A stretch of 64,000 nt of DNA from Eledone cirrhosa (GCA_964016885.1 OZ024743.1:116002001-116066000); one strand, 5' to 3'. Shown: positions 42,456-57,579, numbered from the stretch's first letter. A program made the numbers and translations. The notes: a model not told the origin generated them from the sequence alone.

Positions 42456-42553
<98 letters not shown>

Positions 42554-42607
42554 TTATTCAGTTGAAGTAAGATGATTGATCAACATTCTGCTTACTTATT
42601 ATTAAAA

Positions 42608-42664
<57 letters not shown>

Positions 42665-42806
42665 AGGGATACCAAATTATCATTATAGGTAATCCAGTTA
42701 GAGGATGTGAATACTCCGTATTGTGGATAGTTTTAGCGTACGCAGTTGTTTGACTCAACAAGAGGTTTCTTGAATTCCTATGTAACTTTATCTTGGAGTA
42801 ATAATA

Positions 42807-42988
42807 TTGTAAGAGTGACGAATAAAATGGTCAACAGTAGAAATAAGGATTTTATTTACAGTATTAACAATTGTTTCACTGATTAAGTTGTCTAAAAATC
42901 GCTGAGCTCTTGATTAATCAGTGAAACAATTGTTAATACTGTAAATAAACCCTTTTTTGTACTGTTGACCATGTTATTTTCACTCTTT

Positions 42989-42993
<5 letters not shown>
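42807..42993. repeat. Fold-back (~80-bp arms) containing an HHR 3' half
   Basis: 42807-42886 is inverted relative to 42915-42993. The right arm reads GAAAC-AAUU-GUU|AAUACUG and ends in (TA)n. Confidence 0.8.
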
Positions 42994-43042
<49 letters not shown>

Positions 43043-43662
43043 TATATATATGATGGGAACTAAATGACGGCTTTTCAGAATTCCATCTGGCTTTCAGCTT
43101 ATTCTGCATCTAGCGACCTATGACATTATTTTGGAATGGAAGGTAAAGCGTGATTGTTATGTGGAGATGGCATCTTCAGGTAGGAGAAGCTGTCAAAATC
43201 AAAACTATTTAGAGTAATACTCAGAGAAAACAGCCAACTAAGTTTGGTACAAAGCCAGATTTAAGTGAATGGAATAGAACGATTCAAGTAAGACATGAAA
43301 TTAATGTGTTTAACAACCAATGTTATCAGATTTTTGCAAGAAACACGATTTAAAGGTAAATAAATAAATGATATAGATGACAGTGGTTCATATGTAAATA
43401 TTTAAAGATGAGATTAATAGACACAGCATATTCGAACATCAACAGATCAGAAGATTGTTGAATAAACATGAGAAAGCCGTAAAATAGTTTTCTACTTCTT
43501 CTATAAAAAGAATAAATATACATTACTAACTATGTAATGAGCCAAACATCACATCAAACAACTCCATTCTGAAAATATAGAAATCCATAAACACATACAT
43601 ACATACAATCATGCATACACACATAGATACATAATACATACACAATACATATATACATACAT

Positions 43663-44275
43663 GGTGGTGGCTGCCAACTCGTTTTCGAGTACGGCCACTA
43701 CTTTATATCCATGTAGGAGAACCCCTACCGATGCGCTGAACGAGTGTGACTTTTTAGTCCAGCCAGCGACTTGAAAACTCTGGTACAAACACTACACTTG
43801 TGACCATTATTGACACATAGTGCAGGGCCCATGGTACCATGTGACGACAAGTGCAGAGAGATCTCCAGATATAAAGCAATGCCTGTGCTGTGAAGCTTTT
43901 ATAGTGAGCAAAGGCACTGCACAAAGCCAGTCCCACTCTCTTAACCAAGATGATATTTACCAAAAAGAAGAACAAGGTAACATCATTGAATACCATCAGG
44001 GTTGCAGGTGTTATATCAGAGTTTTCCTTCTCCTAGAATTCTGCCTTGACAAAGGCTAAGGGGTCATCTCTCCCGGTGATTTTGGATGGCCATTGACTCT
44101 TAAGAGCTCCTTTGCCCTTTGACAGGTTTTGTTTTTAGTCCTGCAGGATGTCCAAAGTCACCCTCCTCACCAAGAAACCTTGGTGGGGTTGCCATTTTAG
44201 TCGCCAACGACCCGACCATGAGACAGCTTGTACTGGGATGCATGTTACCAGTAGCACCAACTGGTGACTCGACAT
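43663..44275 (-). mobile_element. ~610-bp interspersed repeat (resembles a LINE/RTE 5'-UTR-derived non-autonomous element)
   Basis: Highly similar inverted copy at 55772-56381. Both are flanked by microsatellites. Family assignment is inference. Confidence 0.7.
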
Positions 44276-44499
44276 AATACATACATACATACACACATAC
44301 ATACATACATATGTATTAAATTGTGGTTTCGTATTACGGAAGACTAAACCTTCGATATGTAAACATAAAGGACCGAACACACGATTGTATTTTCGCCAAA
44401 ATTATTTCTTTCCGTTTCTTTTTCTCATGTTCTATCTTATAAACTATTTACCATTATTAATATTCGTACTTCCCAAATGATTTATGTTGTTAATGTTGT

Positions 44500-45330
44500 A
44501 AGCCTGTTATTGATATAGCAAACGTGTCATTTTAAAGGGATTACAATAACACCAAGTTTCTGAGAATTATATATATTGACATTTCTATTCAGGTCATCTA
44601 TTGACATTTCTATATAGGTGTACTATAAGAGATTTCCCCATTTATATATATTATAGCATTTAGTTTTTGTTTCCTATTAAGCATACAATGCTACATTATC
44701 ATCCAGCTTCAATTTAATCTCTAGTATTTACTTACTGATTGAGTCCTTTCAATATTTCCCCCTCGTGTTAGTTTCTCTCATCATTATCTAACTCCGTTAT
44801 ACCTAAGTATTTTAAGCAGTTTGTATATATCCGAATTAGTGTTTCTTTATGTCTCAATAATGGTATTCTATTATTTTCCAGTGGATTACTTATTTCATTT
44901 TATAATCGCTGTGCTTTAAATCCAAAAATGTCGTGTCATAAAATCTCTGTACAATTTACTAATTATCTTTAGTGAATAGTCCAATATCGTATTTAAATAG
45001 GTGACTTGCGTAATGCCGCCTTGCTTTAATCATATATAGATCGTTTACCAATCTTTGTTAAGAGTTAGATGCATTATCGATAACAAAGAGCAAAGTGGAG
45101 ATGGCATCACGCTGATAATGTTCTCTATTGATCTTAATTCTTCCTATTCTTAACAAATGCTTAATTTTGTTTCCTATTTACTCACACACATCATAGTCTG
45201 ATATCTTATATTCTTTCATGTTCCTATCATTTACAAATATAGAGGTCACAAATCAAAGAGAATTAAATAATCTTTCAATGACGTTGAGACATTTGAATAT
45301 TACTTCATGCAATTCTCTAATATTAATTTA
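44500..45330 (-). pseudogene. Very decayed R4/Dong-like LINE RT remnant
   Basis: Minus strand IKINREHYQRDAISTLLFVI (compare RGIFQGDSLSPLLF), SHLFKYDIGLFTKD (compare HLLYMDDIKLF) and KYLGITE, in the expected order. Confidence 0.5.
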
Positions 45331-45501
45331 TTTCTAAATAATTGGTCGTAAGTATCTTTACTGCGCTTTTAACATCTTTTCAGCTCTATTGGTAATTAGC
45401 GTGGTTAAAAATATATCAGTATATATTATTGGCTGTTATAATCATTTGACACGTCCTAGTCTATGCATGCTTACATATATTTATATATATATATGTATGC
45501 T

Positions 45502-45556
<55 letters not shown>

Positions 45557-45562
45557 ATGGTA

Positions 45563-45619
<57 letters not shown>

Positions 45620-45727
45620 CTGTTTCTACTTTTGGCACCAGGCCAGCAATTATGCCAGTGTATTACTGGTACTTTATTTTATCGATCCCGTAAGGATGAA
45701 AGGCTACGTTAACCTCAGCGGGATTTG

Positions 45728-48700
45728 GCAATGAATTAGTCTTGCGAGGTTTTTGATATGAAATCGTGTGTCGAAACAAATATTGTTATACTTGGGGAGG
45801 GTCATATTTGTGTAATAATATTGCCGGAATTAATAACAGAACACACTCACTGTTTGGTTGGTTTTCCCTTCTGTGTCTTTTATATCGGTTAATTTAATTT
45901 ATTCGGTCCTCGATGTTACCATTGACTGACCAACGGTCAAAAATAGAGATATAATGTAGACACAAACACATATATATAGTCAAACAAAGTTCTTTCGTTG
46001 CACATCGTCAGTGGTGCTATTATGTTTCCTCCTGTTGTATTGTATGCCTACGCCATCTTTATTTAGTCTGTTTATTTTTGTTTTGTCTTCTCTGCGTATG
46101 CGTTTGTGTGTGTATAGTGTTTGATGTGTGTTCGTGTTTGGGTGACTGTGTATTGGTTATTGTATTCTATCTTAGTTTACTAGTGTGTGTTTATATGTGT
46201 TTGTTGTTATTGTGCTTGTGTATGTATTTATTTATTTATTCATACTTCTCTTAGATCAGTATTGTTTGCTTGTGTGTTGTTGTTATTCCACTCATTTTTT
46301 CTGTTTAACATTGGCCTTCTAAGTTCTATTTCGCTGGCCTCTCCGATTTGCCTATCTGCTGGTTCATTTCTATGTTTAGATATTATTCTAATTTCTATGT
46401 TGTCTATGTTACCGTCGTGTTGTTGTCTGGCATGTTCGTATAGTACTGACCCGTTTTTTCGTCCTTTTAGTTCCCCCCAGTGGTGGTCTATCCTTTCACC
46501 TATGCTACGAGCTGTCTCGCCTATGTATGTTGTTGTCATGTTTCTGCAAGTACCCTCTGTACATCTTATGCTATAGACTACGTATCTACTTTTACAGTTT
46601 ATCCGGGGGTTTACCTTACATATGATACATTTCTTATTAGTACAGTGGGTTTTCTTGAAAGGGTAGGTTTTGCTGATCAGGGACTTTATGGTGGTTCCTG
46701 GCTTTTCTACCACCTTAATCTTTAAGTGGGTCTTTCTCAGGGTCTTTCTACACTGGTTAGCTAATTTCCCTCCAGGGGTAGCGTCCCAAAACATGACAAT
46801 CTGGTATCTCTGGTTGTCGTGCCATGAGGTGGCTTTCCCTACCTTATGTCTAGTCCTATCTAAGCTATTCCATGATTTGCTCTTGTATAATTGAAAAATT
46901 CCTTTCATGTGCAGTTCTATGAGGGTCTTATACTTCTCCGTGGCGCCTTCGTATACTCTGATTTTGTCTCTCTGGTTGTAGCCAGAGAACTGCATGCGGT
47001 TGATGAAGTGTTGGAGGTGTCTTTCCATTTCTGTTGGGTCGCACATGTGGGACACGTTCTTCATCACTCGTACCAAGTCTGCGATCAGAATATTAAACTT
47101 AGCACTACTGGACATTGCTGAGTTTTTGAGTATCAGGTATTTGGAGGCCATGGCTTTAGCGTAGTGTGAGTGGAGAATTTGGGCTCTCTCGTCTATAGTG
47201 TTAATCCAGAGTTCCGTGTCTAATACAGGTAGTCTATTGTTAGGGTGTTTAGAAAGGTAGTCGATAGTTACAGTTATACTCTGGTGTATGGAAATAGCTA
47301 TCTGCTGGATGCTTTCCATTGTGCTACGTTCTAAATCAAACTTGTTAGTACTCTTTTGTGGGATGTCATTATTACTATATTGATGTAGTCTATGTAAAGA
47401 GAGTACATGATGAGGTCTGTGGAGATCTCATCAAGGAGATCTTTGAGTCTCCTTTGCCACCATACCATGAAACGGTTGGCAACGTCACCAGCTATGCTGA
47501 CGCCAATGGCTGCTCCCTCAGTTTAGGTGTAGATCTTCTCGTTGAATTTGAATATGTGGCCCTTTAGGGTAGTTTTGATACTAGTCCCTATTGCATATGC
47601 AACCATTTTTCTTACTTGATCATTGTTTTTTTGGGGGGGGTCCTTATAGCTTTGGTCCACCCAATCCACCTTCCATGGGAGTCTTTTTTGCCATTGAAGT
47701 TATGGTGGGGGGGTCTACCTCTTACGGGTCTACTGGGACAGAAACGTCTAAGGTCATGTCTGTCTAGGTAGTCAGTGTCACAGGTAAGTCTAAGTAGGAG
47801 GCCCAGTTCGTCTGTGTCGACGTCGCAGAACTCCACCTCACTCTCAATAATCATCTCCACACATTTTTCCACAGCAAAATCAATGTTAATGGATGGGTAC
47901 AGTGATACCTCATCCATACTGCCTATTATGCAGTTGGATAGGTTTTTGTTTTTGTTGCACTCACTGATTCTGCTGAGGAGGTCCTCTGTACTGTCACATA
48001 TATCTGGGGGACATCTCGATTATGGGGAGTATAACTATTGAGAGGACGTAGGAGATCCTGTAGTTGCTAGCTATATTTGCTCCGCATACAGGTCTTATTT
48101 GTTGTCCTGTTGTCGGGTCGTCGACTGTCTTATGGTCTTTGCGGAGCCCATACAAGGGTGGTATGCCATTGTTAGACACCTGGAAGTTGTTGGCTTTAGG
48201 ATGTCGGTCCACATCATCATGTGAGCGTTGAGTATTTTCTCTCTACCATCATGTATTTGCTGTGCAATTTCGCTCGTGTTGGTGATGTGGGGTTGCATAG
48301 CATTGATGTAGTTCCACATGCTATCTATTGACATCCTACCAGACCTATCCGTGGGTAGACATACTACCTCACCATCCCTTGTGCGCTGCTTGAGGCTATC
48401 CAAGCCTTCAACAGGTTTCCTCCCAAGTTGTTTGACCTCTGGCCTGCTTTGTTTTTGTTGTGTCTATCATTAATGTTGCTACATGTATTATTTCTATTAT
48501 TAGCACTGTGGTTGTTGTTGTTACTCATATTATTACCATTAGTACTATTGTGGTCGCGTCTGTTGTGTCTGTCGTTAATGTTTCTATTATTATTATTGTG
48601 GTTGTTGTTGTTGTTCTGTCTATCGTTAATATTATTGCCATTATTACTATTTCTCACTCTCCTGCTATTGTTATAGTTATCACTATTACTATTATATCTG

Positions 48701-48870
48701 TTATTTCTATACTCAGAGTTATTGTTTGTTTTACTACTATCGTTATTATTGCTGTTGTTGTCTGTATGGTTGTTGTTGTTGTTGTTTACTTTTGCATTCC
48801 AACGTATTTTTGTGAAACACTTTTCCAGCTCTGTTTTGCACTCGATAGGGTTAATCTTTTTGTAGATAGC
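45728..48870 (-). mobile_element. Near full-length decayed PLE (RT plus C-terminal CCHH GIY-YIG; Nematis-like)
   Basis: In order: LPTDRSGRM, PPLYGLRKDHK, RPVCGA, motif A GSMDEVSLYPSI, motif B' *TEGAAIGVSIAG, motif C mutated to YIDY, LPVLD, thumb, CTNKKCIIC, VVYSIRC...YIGETARSIGERIDHH...LNRKNEW. Multiple frameshifts and an Asn-rich N-terminal insert. Confidence 0.9.
46240..47319 (-). pseudogene. Open 359-aa C-terminal portion of the PLE ORF (RT thumb plus GIY-YIG endonuclease)
   Basis: ORF track. Intact GIY-YIG-like VVY...YIG, conserved R, H, H, E and N. The upstream RT is broken. Confidence 0.88.
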
Positions 48871-49550
48871 CACAACGGACAACATACGGACAACAACAGC
48901 GTTGTATGTGGTAGTGAGTGACAGGCAAGTTTGATGTGACAGAGAAAAGTGGGAAGGAATGGAATGAAGGGTAGGCATTGTAGTGTGAATTGTCCAGCAA
49001 CGAATAAACAGGCGCATGGTTAACGATATGACAATTAACCAATACGTGGAAAATCGTGAATTTCTCAAGTGACAGAGGTGATGCAATTACAGTAACTGAT
49101 GCAAATAGAAGCGGCTATACATCATCCTAAATGTGAAGGTAGCTAAGGAGTTCTATATTTCACACACCAAATTTCGATAATAAATATTGATAAGTGCTCA
49201 CCGTTTCTATTATCAGAAGGAAAATGTGGGCGTTGTCAAGTGTATAAAGGTATGTATGGACCTGTAATTCCGGAAGTAGTTTCAGGGGACCTTCTTCAAG
49301 TATAGCATATCTTGGGTAACTTTTATTTTATTAGAGCTAATTCCCTGTCCAGGTCGAAACAGTCGATTTCTTCCAACATTGACGTCAGTTGTATTTGAAC
49401 TCTGAGCACAGAGGGCCGTGAGGTTACCCATACGTTTCTTGTATATAAACGTATTATATATGTTTTAATATATACTTCTGTCATGCTTAAACACTGCCTT
49501 TGTGTTTATTCCCATCCAATATATATATGTATATATATATATATATATAT

Positions 49551-50607
49551 AGAAGTGGTTACACAACAGTTAGTTCACCATACCGAGAACAATTGTTTCA
49601 CCTTAACGGATCCTCAGCTCGCAATGGACAAAGTTATGCGGAACAGGAAGTACAACCGTACGAACGCGCATGCGCAGAAACGGTCACTTCACTCAGGCAA
49701 TACTAAATTGCGTGCGAGAGGTGTAAGGGAGATAACTGCAAACGACCTAAAGTGTCTAGTTGATAAGAAAATTAGGATGTTGTTGTAATTCAAGTCGGAG
49801 CTTTATATTTATGTAAGCAGTGTTTCCAGACGTGTGCAAGAGCAACACCCTACCAGGGTGATTTTGCCGTAAGCCCGAAGCTTGTCCCCTTCAACAGTAA
49901 TGCGACACACACGCTGTAGTTTATGAGGCTGTGGTCACTTCCAACCGACCAAATCAACCACGGCGGTCAAATCCTATGTGGATATGGCGGAGGGTCGATT
50001 TAAGAAACGCTTCCTGAACCACCATTCGACTTTTAGGTAACCGGACAGACGTTCGTCCACGAAACACGCGAGCCACGTATAGTCACTCAAGGACTCAAGT
50101 ATAGACTACTCCATTCAATGGAAAGCCATCACTATATCCAAGCAAACGCAAGGGGCAATCCGTCGTGTGAACTATGTATTGATGAAAGAATAAATATTCT
50201 AAAAAGATTACGCAATAGCGATTGCCTAAACTCAAAAAATGAATTCTTCACACGTTGTCCACACGTCTGGAAACACCACTTACATAACTACAAAGCTCCG
50301 GATTGCATTACAACAACATCCTAATGTTCTTATCAACTAGAAACTTTCGGACTTTCGCAGTTATATCCCTTACACCTCTCGCACGCAATTTACTATTGCC
50401 TGAGTGAAGTGACCGTTTATGGGCATGCGTGTTCGTACGGTTGTCCTTCCTGTTCCGTATAACCATGTCCATTACGAGCTGAGGATCCGCTAAGGTGAAA
50501 CAATTGTTCTCGGTATGGTAAATTCACTGTTGTGTAACCACTTCTACCTAACTCGTCCCATGGACGGAGTGCCCTACCACTACGGATATTACCTTCCAGT
50601 GTTCTAC

Positions 50608-50610
<3 letters not shown>
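49551..50610 (+). mobile_element. 5'-truncated Hydra-like PLE with inverted 5' pLTR, inserted in (TA)n
   Basis: 49551-49837 is the reverse complement of about 50255-50545. The middle encodes CRKPEACPLQQ*C..AVVYEAVV..SYVDMAEGRFKKRFLNH..CELCIDERINI..LNSKNEFFTRCPH. Same family as 35797-36850. Confidence 0.88.
50475..50512 (+). ncRNA. Minimal hammerhead ribozyme in PLE pLTR (family D); inverted twin at 49584-49621 (-)
   Basis: CGAG-CUGAGGA-U-CC-GCUAA-GG-U-GAAAC-AAUU-GUU|CUCG, with palindromic stem III ACAAUUGU. Confidence 0.75.
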
Positions 50611-50669
<59 letters not shown>

Positions 50670-50728
50670 CAACCATACAACAACTATATATATATATATA
50701 TATACATACATATATATATATATATATA

Positions 50729-50883
<155 letters not shown>

Positions 50884-51230
50884 TTACTGAATGATATACT
50901 CATATCTGTTCATATGCAGTACAGGATTTACTATGATGCATATATGTGCATATAAATATATACATTTATAATATAAACATGTAAACGTGTACATTTACAT
51001 ATTTCGCAGTAGACGGAACGGTTATTGAATCTTTTTCTGATCCCATCCGTTGGTATCAGTGTCATTAATCATCTGTGGATAAATTGCAAATATTCACCTT
51101 ATAAAGTCTACCAAATATTGTAGTAGGAGAAACACAATGTTGTTGATTGCAACTATATGTAGCAAGTGTCAGTAGATATTAATTTTTTCAGTAATCAGCC
51201 CTCTTATATAAAGCATAACATTAACCAAAG

Positions 51231-51321
<91 letters not shown>

Positions 51322-51379
51322 AATACATATATATAAAGAGAGATAGATAGACAGATACATATATATATATATATATGCA

Positions 51380-52600
51380 TGAAGAGTGTAGCATCTTCAC
51401 AGACGAGTGCCATCCCTTATTGATTCTTCATTGTTACCCCATCTGCGTCCATGACTTCGTAAATTACTCAGTAGGACATCTGTAGATCTGCATGGTTTAC
51501 GACACAGGTGACAGAAGAGAGTTGTGCTTTCTACAGGACTGGTGAGGACATAGTCTTTATATACTACCGTGTGTTTTTTAGTACAGAACAATTCTACACA
51601 CTATGTTGTATCACACGCACGTTGTTTCACCAGGTCTTTGTTGAGTGGTGTTGCGGGTGGTTTTCCTTTCAACGACATCAGGTGATTAACATAACGACCC
51701 TTTGTGAGTACTACATGTGACAGAAAGTGCATGTCCAACTACTGATGACTTCATCAAGACTGTGAGCAAAGTCTTTCCTGAGCTGACCCTTCATTTTTTT
51801 TATATTCTGCAACTGCCCTTTATGCACTGTCTCCACTCAGCTCTCTTTAGAGCTATCTCCTCCCAGTTGTCTACAGCAAATGTCGGCTCTTTGAGGTTCT
51901 TCCTGATGCTGTACTTCAAACTTATTTTCGGTTTGTGTTGAGGTTTTTTTTCAAGATGGAGCTCATAGTCAAACAGTTGCTTCGGTATCCTACTTTCTTT
52001 CATGCGGACGTTATGTCCTGTCCAGCCCATTTAAAAAGATGTCACTTCGGACTCAATGCTTGGACATTCTGCTTTGATAAGGACATGGTTTACCGGAGCC
52101 CTGTCTTGCCACTTGATGTTGAATATGCGCCTTAAAAATGTATGCAGAAAACGCTCAAGAAATTTGATCTGTTTGTGGAATAGCTTCCACGTTTTGGTGG
52201 AGTATAAAAGAGCAGACAAAACACATGATCTATAAACACACACCTTGATATTGTTGGTAATGTTGCGACTTGCCAAAACTCTCTTTTCCAATTTTCCGAA
52301 GGCAACAGAGGCCTGCAGATGTATTTCAGCATCTAAGGAGGCATCATTTGAGAGTGTGTTCTCAGGCAGACAAATTTATCTACTATTCTAAACCTGATCC
52401 TATCAACCATGATATGGGGTTCAGTATATGGTTCTCCAGGAGCAGAAGTAAACATTACTTTGTTCTTTTTAAGGCTGTTTGTAAGTCCAACTCTTGTACA
52501 CGAGGTTGGGAAACGGTCCATAATGTGTTTCCTTCAGTGTGAGCTAGCAAGTCAGATTTGTCTGCGTAAAGAAGGTCTCTTCAAAGCTTGAAAGGTATTT
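51380..52600 (-). mobile_element. 5'-truncated RTE (BovB-like) LINE, decayed
   Basis: MDRFPTSCTRVGLTNSLKKNKVM; KVCVYRSCVLSALLYSTKTW; WTGHNVRMKESRIPKQLFDYEL; DNWEEIALKRAEWR; C-terminal CHLCRKPC...LRSH finger. Confidence 0.85.
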
Positions 52601-53061
52601 GTCTTGGCATATCAACACATAAAAATAAACCAAGCAGGGAATCTGACAGATATTTAGATTCTGCCTGCTGATGAAATCCCATCTGATATTATGAGAGCAG
52701 AGAAACATATGTGAGGTATCATTGTTCGATTCAACATTTAATCACGTGTTGGCAGTTTGCCACTGGGAACATTTGCATTATAACACTTTCATAAACATTG
52801 ATGTTAAATCAAAAGAAAAAAGACAAAATATTTCGCATTTATTAAAAGAAACCATAAATAATTTTAGCAGGATAATCTACGTTATCATTTCTTAAGGCTA
52901 CAAATTCATTTCTGTGAACAAGGGAATACAGCAGAATCTGTAATTCTGAAATTTGTTTTGCAACTGAACAAATACATATATTTTACGGACATACCTCCAC
53001 CGCTCTGATTTTAATTTTACATAAGACATTAAATAAATAAAATGTTATAGATAAACATTTA

Positions 53062-53117
<56 letters not shown>

Positions 53118-53121
53118 TATT

Positions 53122-53546
<425 letters not shown>

Positions 53547-53574
53547 ATATATATATATATATATAAGTTGAAAA

Positions 53575-53960
53575 AAAATGAAAACGAAATTTCATTTCTC
53601 ACTCTTTGTATGGCACTTACTTTTTTCAACTTATCGTTTTCGGTATGCCGGACCCGATTTAACTCACTCAATATGCAAATTAGGCTGCTCAGCCGTTAAT
53701 TTTCATAAGGAAAGTATATACTTTCGAACGTTCAACTATCTGGCAGATGGGTAAACGGTGCTGATGATAGCTAACAAGCTTGAAACTAGTACATCGTTCC
53801 TGTGTCAGTGTTGAACAAAAAGGTGACGTGGTTGCCTTAACACCGTATGGCATAAATTCAGGCTGTTCGGTTTGTTGACAAACAAACGAACAAAGCGGCC
53901 GGCGTTATAATAAACGTCGGCTAAACTGATGCGTGCATATATGTATGTGTACCTGTATGC

Positions 53961-54048
<88 letters not shown>

Positions 54049-54405
54049 GCATGCTACTGTACGTCTGTATACATATATGTATGTACGTATACATACATAC
54101 ATACATTTAAGTAAGTGCCATACTAAGAGTGAGAAATGAAATTTCGTTTTCATTTTTTTTCAACTTATCGTTTTCGGTATGCCTGACCGATTTAACTCAC
54201 TCAATATGCAAATTAGGCTGCTCAGCCGTTAATTTTCATAAGAAAAGTATATACTTTCGAACGTTTAACTATCTGGCAGATGGGTAAACGGTGCTGATGA
54301 TAGCTAAAAAGCTTGAAACTAGTACATCGTTCCTGTGTCAGTGTTGAACAAAAAGGTGACGTGGTTGCCTTAACACCGTATGGCATAAATTCAGGCTGTT
54401 CGGTT

Positions 54406-54406
<1 letters not shown>
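53575..54406 (+). mobile_element. Two tandem copies of ORF-less HHR repeat family B with an internal (TA)n; the first has a short 5' inversion
   Basis: 53615-53873 is nearly identical to 54150-54406. HHRs at 53754-53798 and 54287-54331. 53576-53620 is inverted relative to 54109-54166. Confidence 0.85.
53754..53798 (+). ncRNA. Minimal type I hammerhead ribozyme (family B); twin at 54287-54331
   Basis: AACGGUG-CUGAUGA-U-AGCU-AACA-AGCU-U-GAAAC-UA-GUA|CAUCGUU. Confidence 0.82.
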
Positions 54407-55767
<1,361 letters not shown>

Positions 55768-55771
55768 CATT

Positions 55772-56381
55772 ATGTCAGGTCACCAGTTGGTGCTACTGGT
55801 AACATGTATCCCAGTACAACCTGTCCCATGGTCGGGTCGTTGGCGACTAAACTGGCAACCCCACCAAGGTTTCTTGGTGAGGAGGGTGACTTTGGACATC
55901 CTGCAGGACTAAAAACAAAACCTGTCAAAGGGCAAAGGAGCTCTTAAGAGTCAATGGCCATCCAAAATCACCGGGAGAGATGACCCCTTAGCCTTTGTCA
56001 AGGCAGAATTCTAGGAGAAGGAAAACTCTGATATAACACCTGCAACCCTGATGGTATCCAATGATGTTGACTTGTTCTTCTTTTTGGTAAATATCATCTT
56101 GGTTAAGAGAGTGGGACTGGCTTTGTGCAGTGCCTTTGCTCACTATAAACGCTTCACGGCACAGGCATTGCTTTATATCTGGAGATCTCTCTCCACTTGT
56201 CGTCACATGGTACCATGGGCCCAGCACTATGTGTCAGTAATTGTCACAAGTGTAGTGTTTGTACCAGAGTTTTCAAGTCGCTGGCTGGACTAAAAAGTCA
56301 CACTCGTTCAGCGCATCGGTAGGGGTTCTCCTACATGGATATAAAGTAGTGGCCGTACTCGAAAACGAGTTGGCAGCCACC
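55772..56381 (+). mobile_element. ~610-bp interspersed repeat, second copy
   Basis: Reverse complement of 43663-44275. Confidence 0.7.
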
Positions 56382-56391
56382 ATATATATAC

Positions 56392-56433
<42 letters not shown>

Positions 56434-56466
56434 ACATATATTTATATATTCGTACATATATATATT

Positions 56467-56580
<114 letters not shown>

Positions 56581-57579
56581 ATATATATATAAGATATATA
56601 TATAAGACATATAGAAGATACCGTGAAAAGATGACAGTAGTAAAGCAATAATTTCTATACTGCTTGTGGTAATATAATTATATATTACTTCTGCCTCGTC
56701 AGTTTTTTTCTGGCATCCCTTACCTTTTGTACCGCCTTGTCAATTTTGTTGTCTGTACTTTGTACTGCATTCCTTATTATACATTTATGTTTTACTATTT
56801 CTCCCCTTTTTATATTTTTCTCCAGTGACTAAGCCCTTGTGCACTGGAATGAACGGTACCAACGTTAAATGAATCAAAACCGTGGCGTTTCCATGAAGTT
56901 GACCGAGGAGATTGGACTGTCTCCCTTTCCATTGTTTTATCCTCTGCCGTTATCCTGTACGCACACTAATATGAATTTATATTCTAAAGACTTGGTCATG
57001 CGGGATTTCTTTTTTTAATATTATATAATAGACATCACACCGCCCGGTCTGCTTTGCTCTATTCTCTCTTCTCACCTCTTCTACGCCTCAGTATCCTTCT
57101 TCTTTATCAGCACGTTGGACTACAGTCCTATATATTCTCTTATATTTTTCTATTTCTCTCCTTTCAATAATTTTTCTCATTTGGCTTGGCTAAGCACTTG
57201 CGCACTGTTCTCTCAATGCTTTGTCAGTTGACGCACTTGCGATGCTTTTCCTTCTATATTTGTGTAATTTACCTAAAGACATAACCTGTCTTCATGTTTT
57301 GTTATATCTCAATATTTACAGTAATGAAATGTATCAAATTTAATTTTCCGAAATCATGTGATTTCCAGTGATTTCCCGAGGTTGACTTAGGAGATTGTAT
57401 TGTTCGTCTTTCCGTTGTTATTTCTATTGTCACGTATTTTGAAATTATTTCTTTTGAATGAAACAATTCTAGTCCTGTAGAAAACATTTTTATATGAAAC
57501 TTGACGCTTACACTCTATTAATGTATTGAGGACATTACTAAGAAGGCTGCATGTTCGTATCACGTCGGCGTCACAAATT

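Larger units (their letters stand above)
41269..42460 (+). mobile_element. Tandem array of a 467-bp ORF-less HHR unit (family A; retrozyme-like), ~2.5 copies between (TA)n tracts
   Basis: CCTCAAAAACCAG recurs at 41271, 41738 and 42205 (period 467). Copies are almost identical, with one HHR per unit. Confidence 0.9.

Noticed and set aside
41269-42460. CRISPR-like array, or repeated 60-83-aa ORFs (SYSVCKHTDKPV...)
   Set aside because: The whole unit repeats with no unique spacers and the context is eukaryotic. The ORFs are antisense to the HHR, have no recognisable domain and recur only because the unit repeats.
48364-49086. 240-aa Asn-rich ORF as a prion-like host protein
   Set aside because: It lies in the same orientation as, and is contiguous with, the PLE ORF N-terminus. 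It is a low-complexity part of the element.
49859-49861. In-frame TGA at a Cys position of the PLE CxC linker (and in the SWIM-like motif near 28320) as selenocysteine, as in Naiad PLEs
   Set aside because: The same frames contain other stops or frameshifts, the sister copy at 36.5 kb has Cys, and no SECIS was identified. Simple decay is sufficient.
51742-51760. CTGATGA followed by a small hairpin inside the RTE fragment
   Set aside because: No downstream GAAA or stem III, and no stem I.
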